A DNA stretch of 64,000 nucleotides from an uncultured Clostridia bacterium (GTDB taxonomy: Bacteria; Bacillota; Clostridia; Oscillospirales; Ruminococcaceae): the NCBI GenBank assembly GCA_947383835.1, contig CANDEV010000004.1, positions 126,506 to 190,505 of the forward strand. The letters are read 5' to 3'. The position numbers and the translations under genes are program-made. The notes beneath the pieces were generated by a model. That model ran no database searches, was not told where the DNA came from, and worked only from the letters and a program-made list of their open reading frames with translations. Below, piece after piece: positions 17,758-27,100 of the stretch; position 1 is the first letter of the stretch, and each line of letters opens with the position of its first letter.

Positions 17758-19543
17758 AGCTGTTTTCGAATTTCCCGTGAGGGACAGGCTCCGAGGTTAT
17801 AGGCGGGATATTCTCGGACGGTGTGCAGCCGCCGTAAATATCGCTGTCGCTGTTAAGTATTTCCTGCAAGGTACATGACTTGTCAATGCCGAAGCGGTAA
17901 TTTTTCTTTGACTTGTCCGAAAGGTTAAGAGCGACAACAAGACTGTTTTTCCCCGAAGTCCTGCGGTAGCAGTAAACACAGTCCTCAACGGCGTCGGCTT
18001 CAAGCCATTGGAACGTATTCATGTTGTACTCGCCGTCGTAAAGCGCTGGATTTTTGCCGTAAAGCTCTGCAAGCTCGGTGAAAAACCTGCGGAAGGAGTC
18101 GTGGTTGGGATATTTAAGAAGATCCCAGTCCTGCTCGCGCTTTTCGTCCCACTCGCGGAACTGTGCGAACTCGTTGCCCATAAAATTCAGTTTTTTTCCG
18201 GGGTGGGTGAACATATATAGATACAACGCCTTGCATTGGGGGAATTTTACCTCGTAGTCTCCCCACATTTTCTGAATTATCGTCGCCTTTCCGTGAACGA
18301 CCTCGTCATGCGAAAAGGGCAGCAGAAACAGCTCGTTGTAAAAGTACTGCATAGAAAATGTAATCTTATGGTAGTGCTTTGAGCGTTCGTCAGGCGGAAT
18401 ACGGAAAAAATCCAGCGTGTCGTTCATCCAGCCCATGTCCCACTTGTAGTCGAAGCCAAGACCCTCATATTCCACGGGAGCGGTCACTTTCAGGTAGTTT
18501 GTGGAGTCCTCCGCCATAAGCAGGGCGGTGGGGTGAATGTGGTGCAGACCGCTGTTCATGTTCCGAATAAACGTTACTGCGCCGCTGTTTACGCCGCGGG
18601 CAGCATCCCCCTGCCAGTAAAGGGCATTGCTGATCGCGTCCATTCGCAAGCCGTCAAAATGGTATTCGCTTAGCCAGTAATTTGCCGCAGACTGCAAAAA
18701 TGAGCAAACCTCTCCGCGGTAAAAATTAAAATTGTAGGAACCCCATTCGCTCCTGCCTGCGCCGTCGTTGGGGTATTCATAAAGCCCCGTGCCGTCAAAT
18801 TCCGCAAGAGCATAGCCGTCCACCGCGAAGTGAACGGGAACAAAATCGCATATTATGCCTATATCCGCATTGTGGCAGGCATTTACCAAATATTTCAGAT
18901 CATTCGGCGAACCGTAGCGTGACGTGGGACTGAAAAAGCCTGTGACCTGATATCCCCAGGAGCAGTCCGCAGGGTACTCGCAGATCGGCATGATCTCAAT
19001 GTGTGTAAAGCCCCGCTCCTTGACGTATTCAATCAGCGGTTCGGCAATTTCCTTGTATGTGTACCAATTTTCGGGGCAGGACTCTTCTGTATCGTTTGGA
19101 GTTTTGGCAGGCTTTGTACGCCACGAGCCGAGATGTACCTCGTAAATGTTCATGGGACGGTCATAGCCCTTGTCGCGGGACTTCATCCATTTTTCATCGT
19201 TAAATTTATACTCTCCCAAATCGGTAATTATTGAAGCACAGTTCGGACGCAGTTCCGTCTGAAATCCGTATGGATCGTTGTGTTCAACGACCTTTCCGTC
19301 TTGGCGGTAAATGCGGTATTTGTACATTTGACCTATCCCCGCATCGCCGCAGTATGCTGAGTATACCCCGCATTTATCGCGTGACATTTTCACACCGTTC
19401 CAGCCGTTCCATTCACCAATGACCTCAACGCAGGTCGCGTTGGGAGCATAGACTCGAAAGGAGATGCCGCTGCCGTCGGGGTGCGCCCCGAAATATGTAT
19501 ATGCGTCAAAAGTCCGTCCTGTGAAAAAATCGTTCATTACCAT
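17705..19543 (-). CDS. glgB: 1,4-alpha-glucan branching enzyme
   Basis: GH13 conserved regions DFVPVHF, GLRMDAISN, MAEDST, FSHDEVVHGK. 612 aa. Confidence 0.93.
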   Translation of the reverse strand: MVMNDFFTGRTFDAYTYFGAHPDGSGISFRVYAPNATCVEVIGEWNGWNGVKMSRDKCGVYSAYCGDAGIGQMYKYRIYRQDGKVVEHNDPYGFQTELRPNCASIITDLGEYKFNDEKWMKSRDKGYDRPMNIYEVHLGSWRTKPAKTPNDTEESCPENWYTYKEIAEPLIEYVKERGFTHIEIMPICEYPADCSWGYQVTGFFSPTSRYGSPNDLKYLVNACHNADIGIICDFVPVHFAVDGYALAEFDGTGLYEYPNDGAGRSEWGSYNFNFYRGEVCSFLQSAANYWLSEYHFDGLRMDAISNALYWQGDAARGVNSGAVTFIRNMNSGLHHIHPTALLMAEDSTNYLKVTAPVEYEGLGFDYKWDMGWMNDTLDFFRIPPDERSKHYHKITFSMQYFYNELFLLPFSHDEVVHGKATIIQKMWGDYEVKFPQCKALYLYMFTHPGKKLNFMGNEFAQFREWDEKREQDWDLLKYPNHDSFRRFFTELAELYGKNPALYDGEYNMNTFQWLEADAVEDCVYCYRRTSGKNSLVVALNLSDKSKKNYRFGIDKSCTLQEILNSDSDIYGGCTPSENIPPITSEPVPHGKFENSFTVDLAPFSGKIFEIVQ

Positions 19544-19708
19544 TTTTTATGCCCCCTATAATAGATTATTTTCACCATTATACAATATTTTTCGACCAAA
19601 TTCAATAGGCAAAATTTTAGATATGCCAAAAACGCGAAATTATCTATTGCATTTTCATTAATTTTGTGATACTATTATAAAAGAATAATTACCGAGGAAA
19701 TGATCGCC

Positions 19709-20785
19709 ATGAAGTTAAAAAAATATGCGGCAGTCTTGACCGCAGCAATTTTGACAGAATTTTTAACGGGCTGTGAAAGAATTGATGACGCTGTTCCTGC
19801 GGACGCAACTTTTCCCGATGTGAGCCTTACCACTATGGGAACGCTGTCGGAGCACGTTTCAGAATATGAAACAGAGTCGGTAACTTCCGAAAATCAAAAC
19901 TCGGAGACAGCAGGGTTCGTTGAAACTACGCAGCCGCAATTTGTCGAAGCGGGAGGCGACGTTGAGGATAACCCTCAAAAGAACGGCGCAACCTCCTCAA
20001 ACGATCCTGTCGGAGTTGAAAGCATTTCGCTAAGCACATACAGCGTTGAATTGCAAGTGGGACAAAGCAAGATGCCAATAGTTACTATGTTTCCCGAAAA
20101 CGCCTCCGATAAAGGAGAGATTTGGACTTCCAGTGACACCGATGTTGCCGTTGTGAACGAATTGGGTAATATTACCGCCGTTTCCGAGGGAGACTGTATC
20201 GTGACCGTAACCTCCGCCCAAAACCCGCAGGTTTCAGCAGAAGTTACAGTTACCGTGACCGCTGCCGCGGGACTTACATATTTTGACGGAATTCTTGTTG
20301 TGAATAAAACATACGCCCTGCCTGCCGACTACGCTCCGGGAGTGAATGCTGAAGCGCAGGCAGCATTTGATGAAATGCAGTCGGACGCGGCTGCCGAGGG
20401 GCTTAACATATATATTTCCTCCGGTTTCCGTTCCTACGATTATCAAGCCGGACTTTATCAACGATATGTTGACAAGGACGGCAAGGAAGAAGCTGACAGA
20501 TACTCCGCCCGTCCCGGACATTCGGAGCACCAGACGGGACTTGCTTTCGACTTGAACTCAATAGAAGAGTCCTTTGCCAACACCGCTGAGGGAAAATGGG
20601 TAAATCGGAACTGTTACAAATACGGTTTTATAATTCGATACCCCTCCGACAAGGAAGATATCACAGGCTACAAATGGGAACCATGGCACATACGCTATCT
20701 TGGCAAGGAGACTGCACAAGCAGTTTATGACAGCGGGCTTTGCTTGGAGGAATATTTGGGAATAACTTCACAATATGCGGAATAA
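19709..20785 (+). CDS. Lipoprotein with a Big_2-like domain fused to a VanY/M15B D,D-carboxypeptidase domain
   Basis: Lipobox LTGC. Ig-like segment ISLSTYSVELQVGQSK...VTVTV. SEHQTGLAFD and EPWHIRY. Start is 19700 or 19709; GAGGAA favours 19709. Confidence 0.85.
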   Translation: MKLKKYAAVLTAAILTEFLTGCERIDDAVPADATFPDVSLTTMGTLSEHVSEYETESVTSENQNSETAGFVETTQPQFVEAGGDVEDNPQKNGATSSNDPVGVESISLSTYSVELQVGQSKMPIVTMFPENASDKGEIWTSSDTDVAVVNELGNITAVSEGDCIVTVTSAQNPQVSAEVTVTVTAAAGLTYFDGILVVNKTYALPADYAPGVNAEAQAAFDEMQSDAAAEGLNIYISSGFRSYDYQAGLYQRYVDKDGKEEADRYSARPGHSEHQTGLAFDLNSIEESFANTAEGKWVNRNCYKYGFIIRYPSDKEDITGYKWEPWHIRYLGKETAQAVYDSGLCLEEYLGITSQYAE

Positions 20786-20786
20786 A

Positions 20787-20825
20787 AAGCATCCGACAGC
20801 AGTAAAGCTGTCGGATGCTTTTTTG
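20787..20825 (+). terminator. Rho-independent terminator
   Basis: AAGCATCCGACAGC-loop-GCTGTCGGATGCTT followed by TTTTT. Confidence 0.85.
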
Positions 20826-20905
20826 TTTATGAATTAATTATAGACATTTATTAATTAATTGCTAACTAATTATAGAGCGTTTTATAACAAGCTCTTTTTA
20901 AAAGC

Positions 20906-22201
<1,296 letters not shown>

Positions 22202-22254
22202 TTACGCGGCAGACTCCTTTCTATGCGATTGTCTGAAAAACATCAAACATATAT

Positions 22255-22283
22255 ATTATACCAAAAAAATAAAGTCCTGTCAA
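22255..22283 (-). promoter_or_regulatory. purA promoter
   Basis: Minus strand: TTGACA (22278-22283)-17 nt-TATAAT (22255-22260), about 75 nt upstream of the ATG. Confidence 0.7.
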
Positions 22284-22349
22284 CTTTTTTGCCAAAATAC
22301 TTGACTAAAGTGATAAAATATGGTATCATTAAAAAAACTTAAACGTTTT

Positions 22350-22454
22350 ATACTGATTTGCGACTGAAAAGCGTGCAAAAAATCAAGCAAAAGCTTGCAT
22401 ATATGGGGTTTTGCACAGTTTTTTTTGCATACGCTTTTAAGAGCAAATTAGTAT
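22350..22454. repeat. Family A palindromic repeat, copy 3 (opposite orientation)
   Basis: ATACTGATTTGCGAC...GAGCAAATTAGTAT. The right arm TTTGCA-N18-TAGTAT ends 38 nt before the ATG at 22492. Confidence 0.8.
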
Positions 22455-22491
22455 TATTGACTTTTTGTACCATGTTAAAGGGGATATGTAT

Positions 22492-23886
22492 ATGAACAAA
22501 ATAAGAATAGCAATAGTTTTCATATTTCTGGCAATAGCCGGAGTTGTGCTCACAGTGAGCGGAATTACTGATATAATCAGAATTAACGGTGATATTCCCG
22601 ACTTTAATTTTGAGAGTATGCAGAACGTCAAAAAGGGTGATTTTGTCTGCGGCTACGTCAGCAACATTCTTGATTGCTACGCCAGTGAAACAACTACCAA
22701 CACTACTATGGGAATCGAGACTTCCTCACGTACCTCTGAGGAATACTTTCTTATGCCGCTTGTAAACGATGTTGACGAGGCGGAAAGCCTTTATGTTACA
22801 ATTTCAGCCGGCAATATTGAGGACAGAAAGCTTCTTTACGCCATTTGCGACGACACCTGGGAATATATGGACGGCAATACCGATATCGACTTTACCGAAA
22901 TGGCAATTATTGCCCGCGTTAAAGAGATCGACGATGACCTTATGCCGCTTTTGATAGATTGGTTTAAGGAGGCGGATTACTGCGACGGAAACGAAATTGA
23001 GATAAGGCAGCATATCCTGCCATATGAATTTGTTGTTTACCGCAACACCAACGCGCCGTACATAAGCCTTATCGTCGGCATTATTATGCTCGCGGTCGTG
23101 GCTGTTGCAGTATTTTTCATTGTCAAAAAGTTCATGCCCAAAAGGGTCGAGAGCGCACCGTACACGCCGCCGTCCGATATTTCCGAAAACACCGCCGCCA
23201 ACGGCTTTGCTGAAGCATATACCCCTCCTCAGCCGCTGCCGAACCTTTCTCAGCCTGTTCAGCCGGAGGACTTTTTCCCTGCACCAAAGCCTAAGTCCGC
23301 GCCGGAGCCAAAGCCTGCGCCGCCCAAAGAGCCTCCGAAGCCTGTCAGCGCAAATAATTATGAGGACACAAACCTCGATACCTCGGAGCTTAACGCCGAA
23401 CAGGATCTGTACAGGCAGGAACAGGCGACAGCAGCAAAAGCAAGGCATATCGAGTATGACAATCAGCTTGAAACCACCGATATGGACACCGACCAAAGAC
23501 TTGCCGAGCAGGAGAGGGCAATTGCCGCAAATGCCCGTCATATCGAGTATGACAACCAATTGGATACCGCAGACCTTGATACGGAGCAAAAGCTTTACGA
23601 GCAGGAGCAGGCGGTCGCCGCAAACGCACGTCCCATGGACTATGACAATCAACTGGAGACCTCCGATCTAGATACCGACAGACGACTTGCGGAGCAGGAA
23701 CAGGCTATTGCCGCGAATTCCCGTAAAATGGAATATGACAACGAGATCGATACCTCCGACCTTAACACCGACAGTCTTGATTATTACGACGCATCTGCGC
23801 AGGGCGGGGACGATGATATATTCATATTCTCAAACGATTTTGACTACGAGGACGCGGACGCTTCCAAAATTGAGATTTCCGACTGA
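22492..23886 (+). CDS. Hypothetical two-TM membrane protein with a Pro-rich linker and four 31-aa acidic tandem repeats
   Basis: TM segments at the N-terminus and around residue 200. PAPKPKSAPEPKPAPPKEPPKP. Repeats of the form LDTxxLxxEQxLxEQEQAxAAxARxxxYDNQ. RBS AAAGGGGA before the ATG at 22492. Confidence 0.75.
   Translation: MNKIRIAIVFIFLAIAGVVLTVSGITDIIRINGDIPDFNFESMQNVKKGDFVCGYVSNILDCYASETTTNTTMGIETSSRTSEEYFLMPLVNDVDEAESLYVTISAGNIEDRKLLYAICDDTWEYMDGNTDIDFTEMAIIARVKEIDDDLMPLLIDWFKEADYCDGNEIEIRQHILPYEFVVYRNTNAPYISLIVGIIMLAVVAVAVFFIVKKFMPKRVESAPYTPPSDISENTAANGFAEAYTPPQPLPNLSQPVQPEDFFPAPKPKSAPEPKPAPPKEPPKPVSANNYEDTNLDTSELNAEQDLYRQEQATAAKARHIEYDNQLETTDMDTDQRLAEQERAIAANARHIEYDNQLDTADLDTEQKLYEQEQAVAANARPMDYDNQLETSDLDTDRRLAEQEQAIAANSRKMEYDNEIDTSDLNTDSLDYYDASAQGGDDDIFIFSNDFDYEDADASKIEISD
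23374..23745 (+). repeat. Four tandem 93-bp coding repeats
   Basis: Period 93 bp (31 codons), read directly from the DNA and the translation. A partial fifth unit follows. Confidence 0.85.
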
Positions 23887-23892
23887 TTTTTT

Positions 23893-23925
23893 TGGGCAAT
23901 TCAAAAATGAGTTGCCCATTTTTAT
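23893..23925 (+). terminator. Rho-independent terminator
   Basis: TGGGCAA-loop-TTGCCCA followed by TTTTTATTTT. Confidence 0.6.
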
Positions 23926-24725
23926 TTTAATGTCTTTTGGTAGTTTTGTGCAATTTCTTCCAATGATTTTTTATCGTCTCTGCACATTTCAGTCATGTGC
24001 GCCCAGTAACGCTTCGGCATGAAATTCATGCGGCAGCGCGGGTTGTAACGTTCCTTAATGGCAATTGTATCATAAAATCCCCGCCAAAGCTCGCGGTAAC
24101 GCTGTTCCTCTGCTATCGCTGGCGGAAGCTCAAACTCAATATTTTCTGCAATTTTCGCTTTGTGATCGTAATATATCAGCGCCATGCCATGGGTCTTGTC
24201 GAAAATCAGAAAATTCTCGTTTGGGAGCCTGTCCGTAAAATGCGCCGCGATCATCGGAATGACCTTGTTTTTTGGCTCTATGACCGATACAAGATATCCT
24301 CCGTAATCGGAAAATCGGATAAACTCCCGAATTTTCTGCGCCTCGTTCCCGCAGAACAAAACAGTCTTATTAATGGCGTTCACGGTGTCGTCCGCAAGCA
24401 TATCCAATATTCTCCTGCCGTAGTGAAAACCCTTTTGTAAAAATTCCAAAATAAGTAAATCTTTACCGATATCACAGCTAAGAAAAGCCTTTTTGATAAG
24501 CTCTTCCGCTTCGGGAGAAATTTTTTTTGGTATCGCTCTAAGCACTCTTTCCGCCTTTTCAACAGAGGTCTCCACACAAAGCGTCTCTGCAAGGCTTAGC
24601 TGTTCAGGCTCGCCTGAGACAACAGCGCAGGGAAGCTCCCGCCGCTCAAAGCTGATAAAAACGCAGCTTAAAAGTCCTTCAAAGCTGCCGTCATAGCAGT
24701 ATATCACATCTCGCCTGTCAAACAT
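23922..24725 (-). CDS. TIGR03915-type putative DNA metabolism protein (UDG-superfamily-like partner of the radical SAM protein)
   Basis: N-terminus VIYCYDGSFEGLLSCVF is typical of this family. 22-nt overlap with the upstream radical SAM gene. Confidence 0.7.
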   Translation of the reverse strand: MFDRRDVIYCYDGSFEGLLSCVFISFERRELPCAVVSGEPEQLSLAETLCVETSVEKAERVLRAIPKKISPEAEELIKKAFLSCDIGKDLLILEFLQKGFHYGRRILDMLADDTVNAINKTVLFCGNEAQKIREFIRFSDYGGYLVSVIEPKNKVIPMIAAHFTDRLPNENFLIFDKTHGMALIYYDHKAKIAENIEFELPPAIAEEQRYRELWRGFYDTIAIKERYNPRCRMNFMPKRYWAHMTEMCRDDKKSLEEIAQNYQKTLK

Positions 24726-26038
24726 TTCACAGCGTCCTCCATGCTTGGCAAAACCGCCTCGGAATTTTTGGTATTATCGAAAAAGCTTAGCTGCTCTCCA
24801 AAATTTCCTTTTTGCTCCAGTTCCTTTACTGTGCTTGCGGACATAAGCTGCCGCATAATTCCAGCCTCCGTTACAATAAGTCCTTCGGCACGTTTCCCGC
24901 CGCACAAAATGAAGTAGACCGCACGCTTCAAAACGACTCCAAGCTTGCCGAGATCGGGATAATCAAGCTTGCTGTGCCGTCGTGCAACGGTTATTCTTTG
25001 GGCGGACTTCACACCGATCCCCGGTACGCGCAAAAGCGTTTCATATGGCGCTTTGTTTATCTCCACAGGGAAGTTTTCGGGGTGGTGCAGCGCCCAGTTG
25101 CATTTCGGGTCAAGCAGCGGGTTAAAGTCCTGATGTTCTTCGTCAAGAATTTCCTCTGCCTTGAAGCCGTAAAAACGTAGCAGCCAGTCTGCCTGATAAA
25201 GCCTGTGTTCGCGGAGCAGGGGAGGTTTCGTGCCCGCAGGAGGCAGTATTTTTTGATCGCCTACTGGAATGTATGCCGAGTAGAAAACCCGTTTTAAGCG
25301 GTATTTCCCGTACATTGCTTCGGAAAGTCTCAAAATCTGGAAATCAGTATCCGGAGTTGCGCCGATTATCATTTGGGTACTCTGACCCGCAGGCGCAAAC
25401 TTCGGTGCGGACTTGTATTTAACAATTTCATAACTATTCTGCTGTATTCTGTTAGTAATATGTCCCATTGGCAGTAAAATAGAACTTTTGGATTTGTCGG
25501 GAGCAAGTGCGTTCAGGCTTTTCTGCGAGGGCAGCTCAATGTTCACGCTTATCCTGTCCGCAAGCGTGCCGAGACGGTTTATCAGTTCGGGGTCAGCTCC
25601 CGGGATAGCTTTGGCGTGAATGTAGCCGTAAAATTTGTATTTGTTCCGCAAAATGGAAATTGCCTCGATCATCTGCTCGCAGGTGTAATCGGGACTTTGA
25701 ATTATCCCCGAGCTTAGGAAAAGTCCCTCAATATAGTTGCGGCGATAGAAATTTATGGTAAGGTCGGCAATTTCGTCTGGGGTGAACCTTGCGCGGGGGA
25801 CGTCGTTGCTGCGGCGGTTCACGCAGTATTTGCAGTCAAAAAGGCAAAAATTGGTCATTAAAATTTTCAGCAGGGAAATGCACCGTCCGTCGGCGGCAAA
25901 GCTGTGACAAAGTCCGCCATAGGAAGCGTTTCCAATTCCGTCGCTGCCGCTTCCGCGCCTGCTGACTCCGCTTGATGTGCAGGAGGCGTCGTATTTGGCG
26001 GATTCTCCCAATATTTTCAGCTTTTCAAACATATCCAT
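24704..26038 (-). CDS. Putative DNA modification/repair radical SAM protein (TIGR03916-type)
   Basis: CxxxCxxC cluster motif CLFDCKYC. C-terminal helix-hairpin-helix-like LLRVPGIGVKSAQRI. Start at the ATG at 26038, with GGAGG 8 nt upstream. Confidence 0.8.
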   Translation of the reverse strand: MDMFEKLKILGESAKYDASCTSSGVSRRGSGSDGIGNASYGGLCHSFAADGRCISLLKILMTNFCLFDCKYCVNRRSNDVPRARFTPDEIADLTINFYRRNYIEGLFLSSGIIQSPDYTCEQMIEAISILRNKYKFYGYIHAKAIPGADPELINRLGTLADRISVNIELPSQKSLNALAPDKSKSSILLPMGHITNRIQQNSYEIVKYKSAPKFAPAGQSTQMIIGATPDTDFQILRLSEAMYGKYRLKRVFYSAYIPVGDQKILPPAGTKPPLLREHRLYQADWLLRFYGFKAEEILDEEHQDFNPLLDPKCNWALHHPENFPVEINKAPYETLLRVPGIGVKSAQRITVARRHSKLDYPDLGKLGVVLKRAVYFILCGGKRAEGLIVTEAGIMRQLMSASTVKELEQKGNFGEQLSFFDNTKNSEAVLPSMEDAVKCLTGEM

Positions 26039-26058
26039 AACACGCACCTCCGTTTTTT

Positions 26059-26709
26059 TTATTTTAATCCAAAATATTCCGCAGATTCAGCCGCAGTTTC
26101 CTCTTCAGTCACGTTGTCGTCCCACGATATTACTTTAACGTCGTTTTCCGTTACCCAACGGGGAACAACGCCCTCGTTTCCCGATACGGAGTTATAGGCA
26201 TTTTGAATTACAGCAGCCTTTTCCTCGTCTGTCAGATCGGTTCTTTTACTTGTGATCTCAACAATATTTTCATGGTCGGGACGGTCAAACCAATCAAATT
26301 TTGTTCCGCAGTTGTTCAAGTATACGAAATGCTCCGCAGCGGGAATTATTGCCAAATAATCAATATCTCCCTCGCATATCACGGCTTCATACCGCGATGA
26401 AAGCCCGATAAGGTCGGCAACTATCATAGGCGTAACCTCCCGCAGAAAGTGTTCCTCTCTGTCCCTTATCACTTCCTTGGGAAGCTCCCAAAAGCTGTTT
26501 ACGCCGTATTCCTTTACAAAATCACGGCACATAAACGGCTGATTTTCGGGACAGGCATAAGCCATGTTTCGGTCTCTGGCTTCGTCCGTGCTGAAAACAT
26601 AGCAACCATATTTATCACACAGTTTATTTGCAACAGTAGTTTTTCCACGTCCCCATATGAAATACACATTTTTCAGCTTGTTTCTGATAATATTATCGGC
26701 AATGTTCAC
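26059..26709 (-). CDS. Hypothetical P-loop kinase/NTPase-like protein
   Basis: Walker-A-like WGRGKTTVANKL near the N-terminus. GTG start with AAGGAGG 9 nt upstream. 20 nt upstream of the radical SAM gene. Confidence 0.6.
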   Translation of the reverse strand: MNIADNIIRNKLKNVYFIWGRGKTTVANKLCDKYGCYVFSTDEARDRNMAYACPENQPFMCRDFVKEYGVNSFWELPKEVIRDREEHFLREVTPMIVADLIGLSSRYEAVICEGDIDYLAIIPAAEHFVYLNNCGTKFDWFDRPDHENIVEITSKRTDLTDEEKAAVIQNAYNSVSGNEGVVPRWVTENDVKVISWDDNVTEEETAAESAEYFGLK

Positions 26710-26728
26710 AGCGTACGTCCTCCTTTTG

Positions 26729-26826
26729 CAACAAATGTTCTTGCAAGAGAATTATACCATGAAACAACCGTTCTTGTAAATAGTAAAATCGAACAAATTT
26801 TTTAGTGATTTTTCGTACATCTGTTC
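26729..26826 (-). promoter_or_regulatory. Promoter P3 with multiple LexA-like boxes
   Basis: Minus strand: TTTACA (26775-26780)-18 nt-TATAAT (26751-26756). GAACGGTTGTTT sits in the spacer (26763-26774). GAACATTTGTTG is downstream (26729-26740) and GAACAGATGTAC upstream (26815-26826). Confidence 0.6.
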
Positions 26827-26843
26827 TAAAATTAAAAAAACTA

Positions 26844-26872
26844 TTGCAATTTTAGGAAAGCTGTGATATAAT
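26844..26872 (+). promoter_or_regulatory. tRNA-Arg promoter
   Basis: TTGCAA-17 nt-TATAAT, ending 10 nt before the tRNA 5' end. Confidence 0.7.
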
Positions 26873-26882
26873 ATTTAAGTAA

Positions 26883-26957
26883 GCCTCCATAGTTAAATGG
26901 ATATAATAAACCCCTCCTAAGGGTTAGTTGTGAGTTCGATTCTCGCTGGGGGTGCCA
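26883..26957 (+). tRNA. tRNA-Arg (anticodon CCT), CCA encoded
   Basis: Hand-folded cloverleaf. Acceptor GCCTCCA/TGGGGGT (2 G:U pairs), anticodon stem AACCC/GGGTT, loop CTCCTAA, T-loop TTCGATT, 3' GCCA. Confidence 0.85.
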
Positions 26958-26976
26958 ACGGGGAAGTCCCCGCAGT

Positions 26977-27017
26977 CAGAAATGTTTCCATAACATTATG
27001 GAGACATTTCTGTTTTA
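26977..27017 (+). terminator. Rho-independent terminator after the tRNA
   Basis: CAGAAATGTTTCCATAA-CA-TTATGGAGACATTTCTG followed by TTTTA. Confidence 0.8.
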
Positions 27018-27100
27018 TATCAAACTTTTTCAACATTGGAAAGAATTTCTTATATAAAAATTAAAGAGGATAGAATGTGAAAACTCTATCCTCTTTGTTT

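Noticed and set aside
22804-23652. 282-aa ORF on the minus strand (also 23105-23671 on the plus strand)
   Set aside because: It is antisense or out of frame within the repeat-containing membrane protein gene. The Arg/Leu/Cys-rich translation is an artefact of the repeated GA-rich coding strand.
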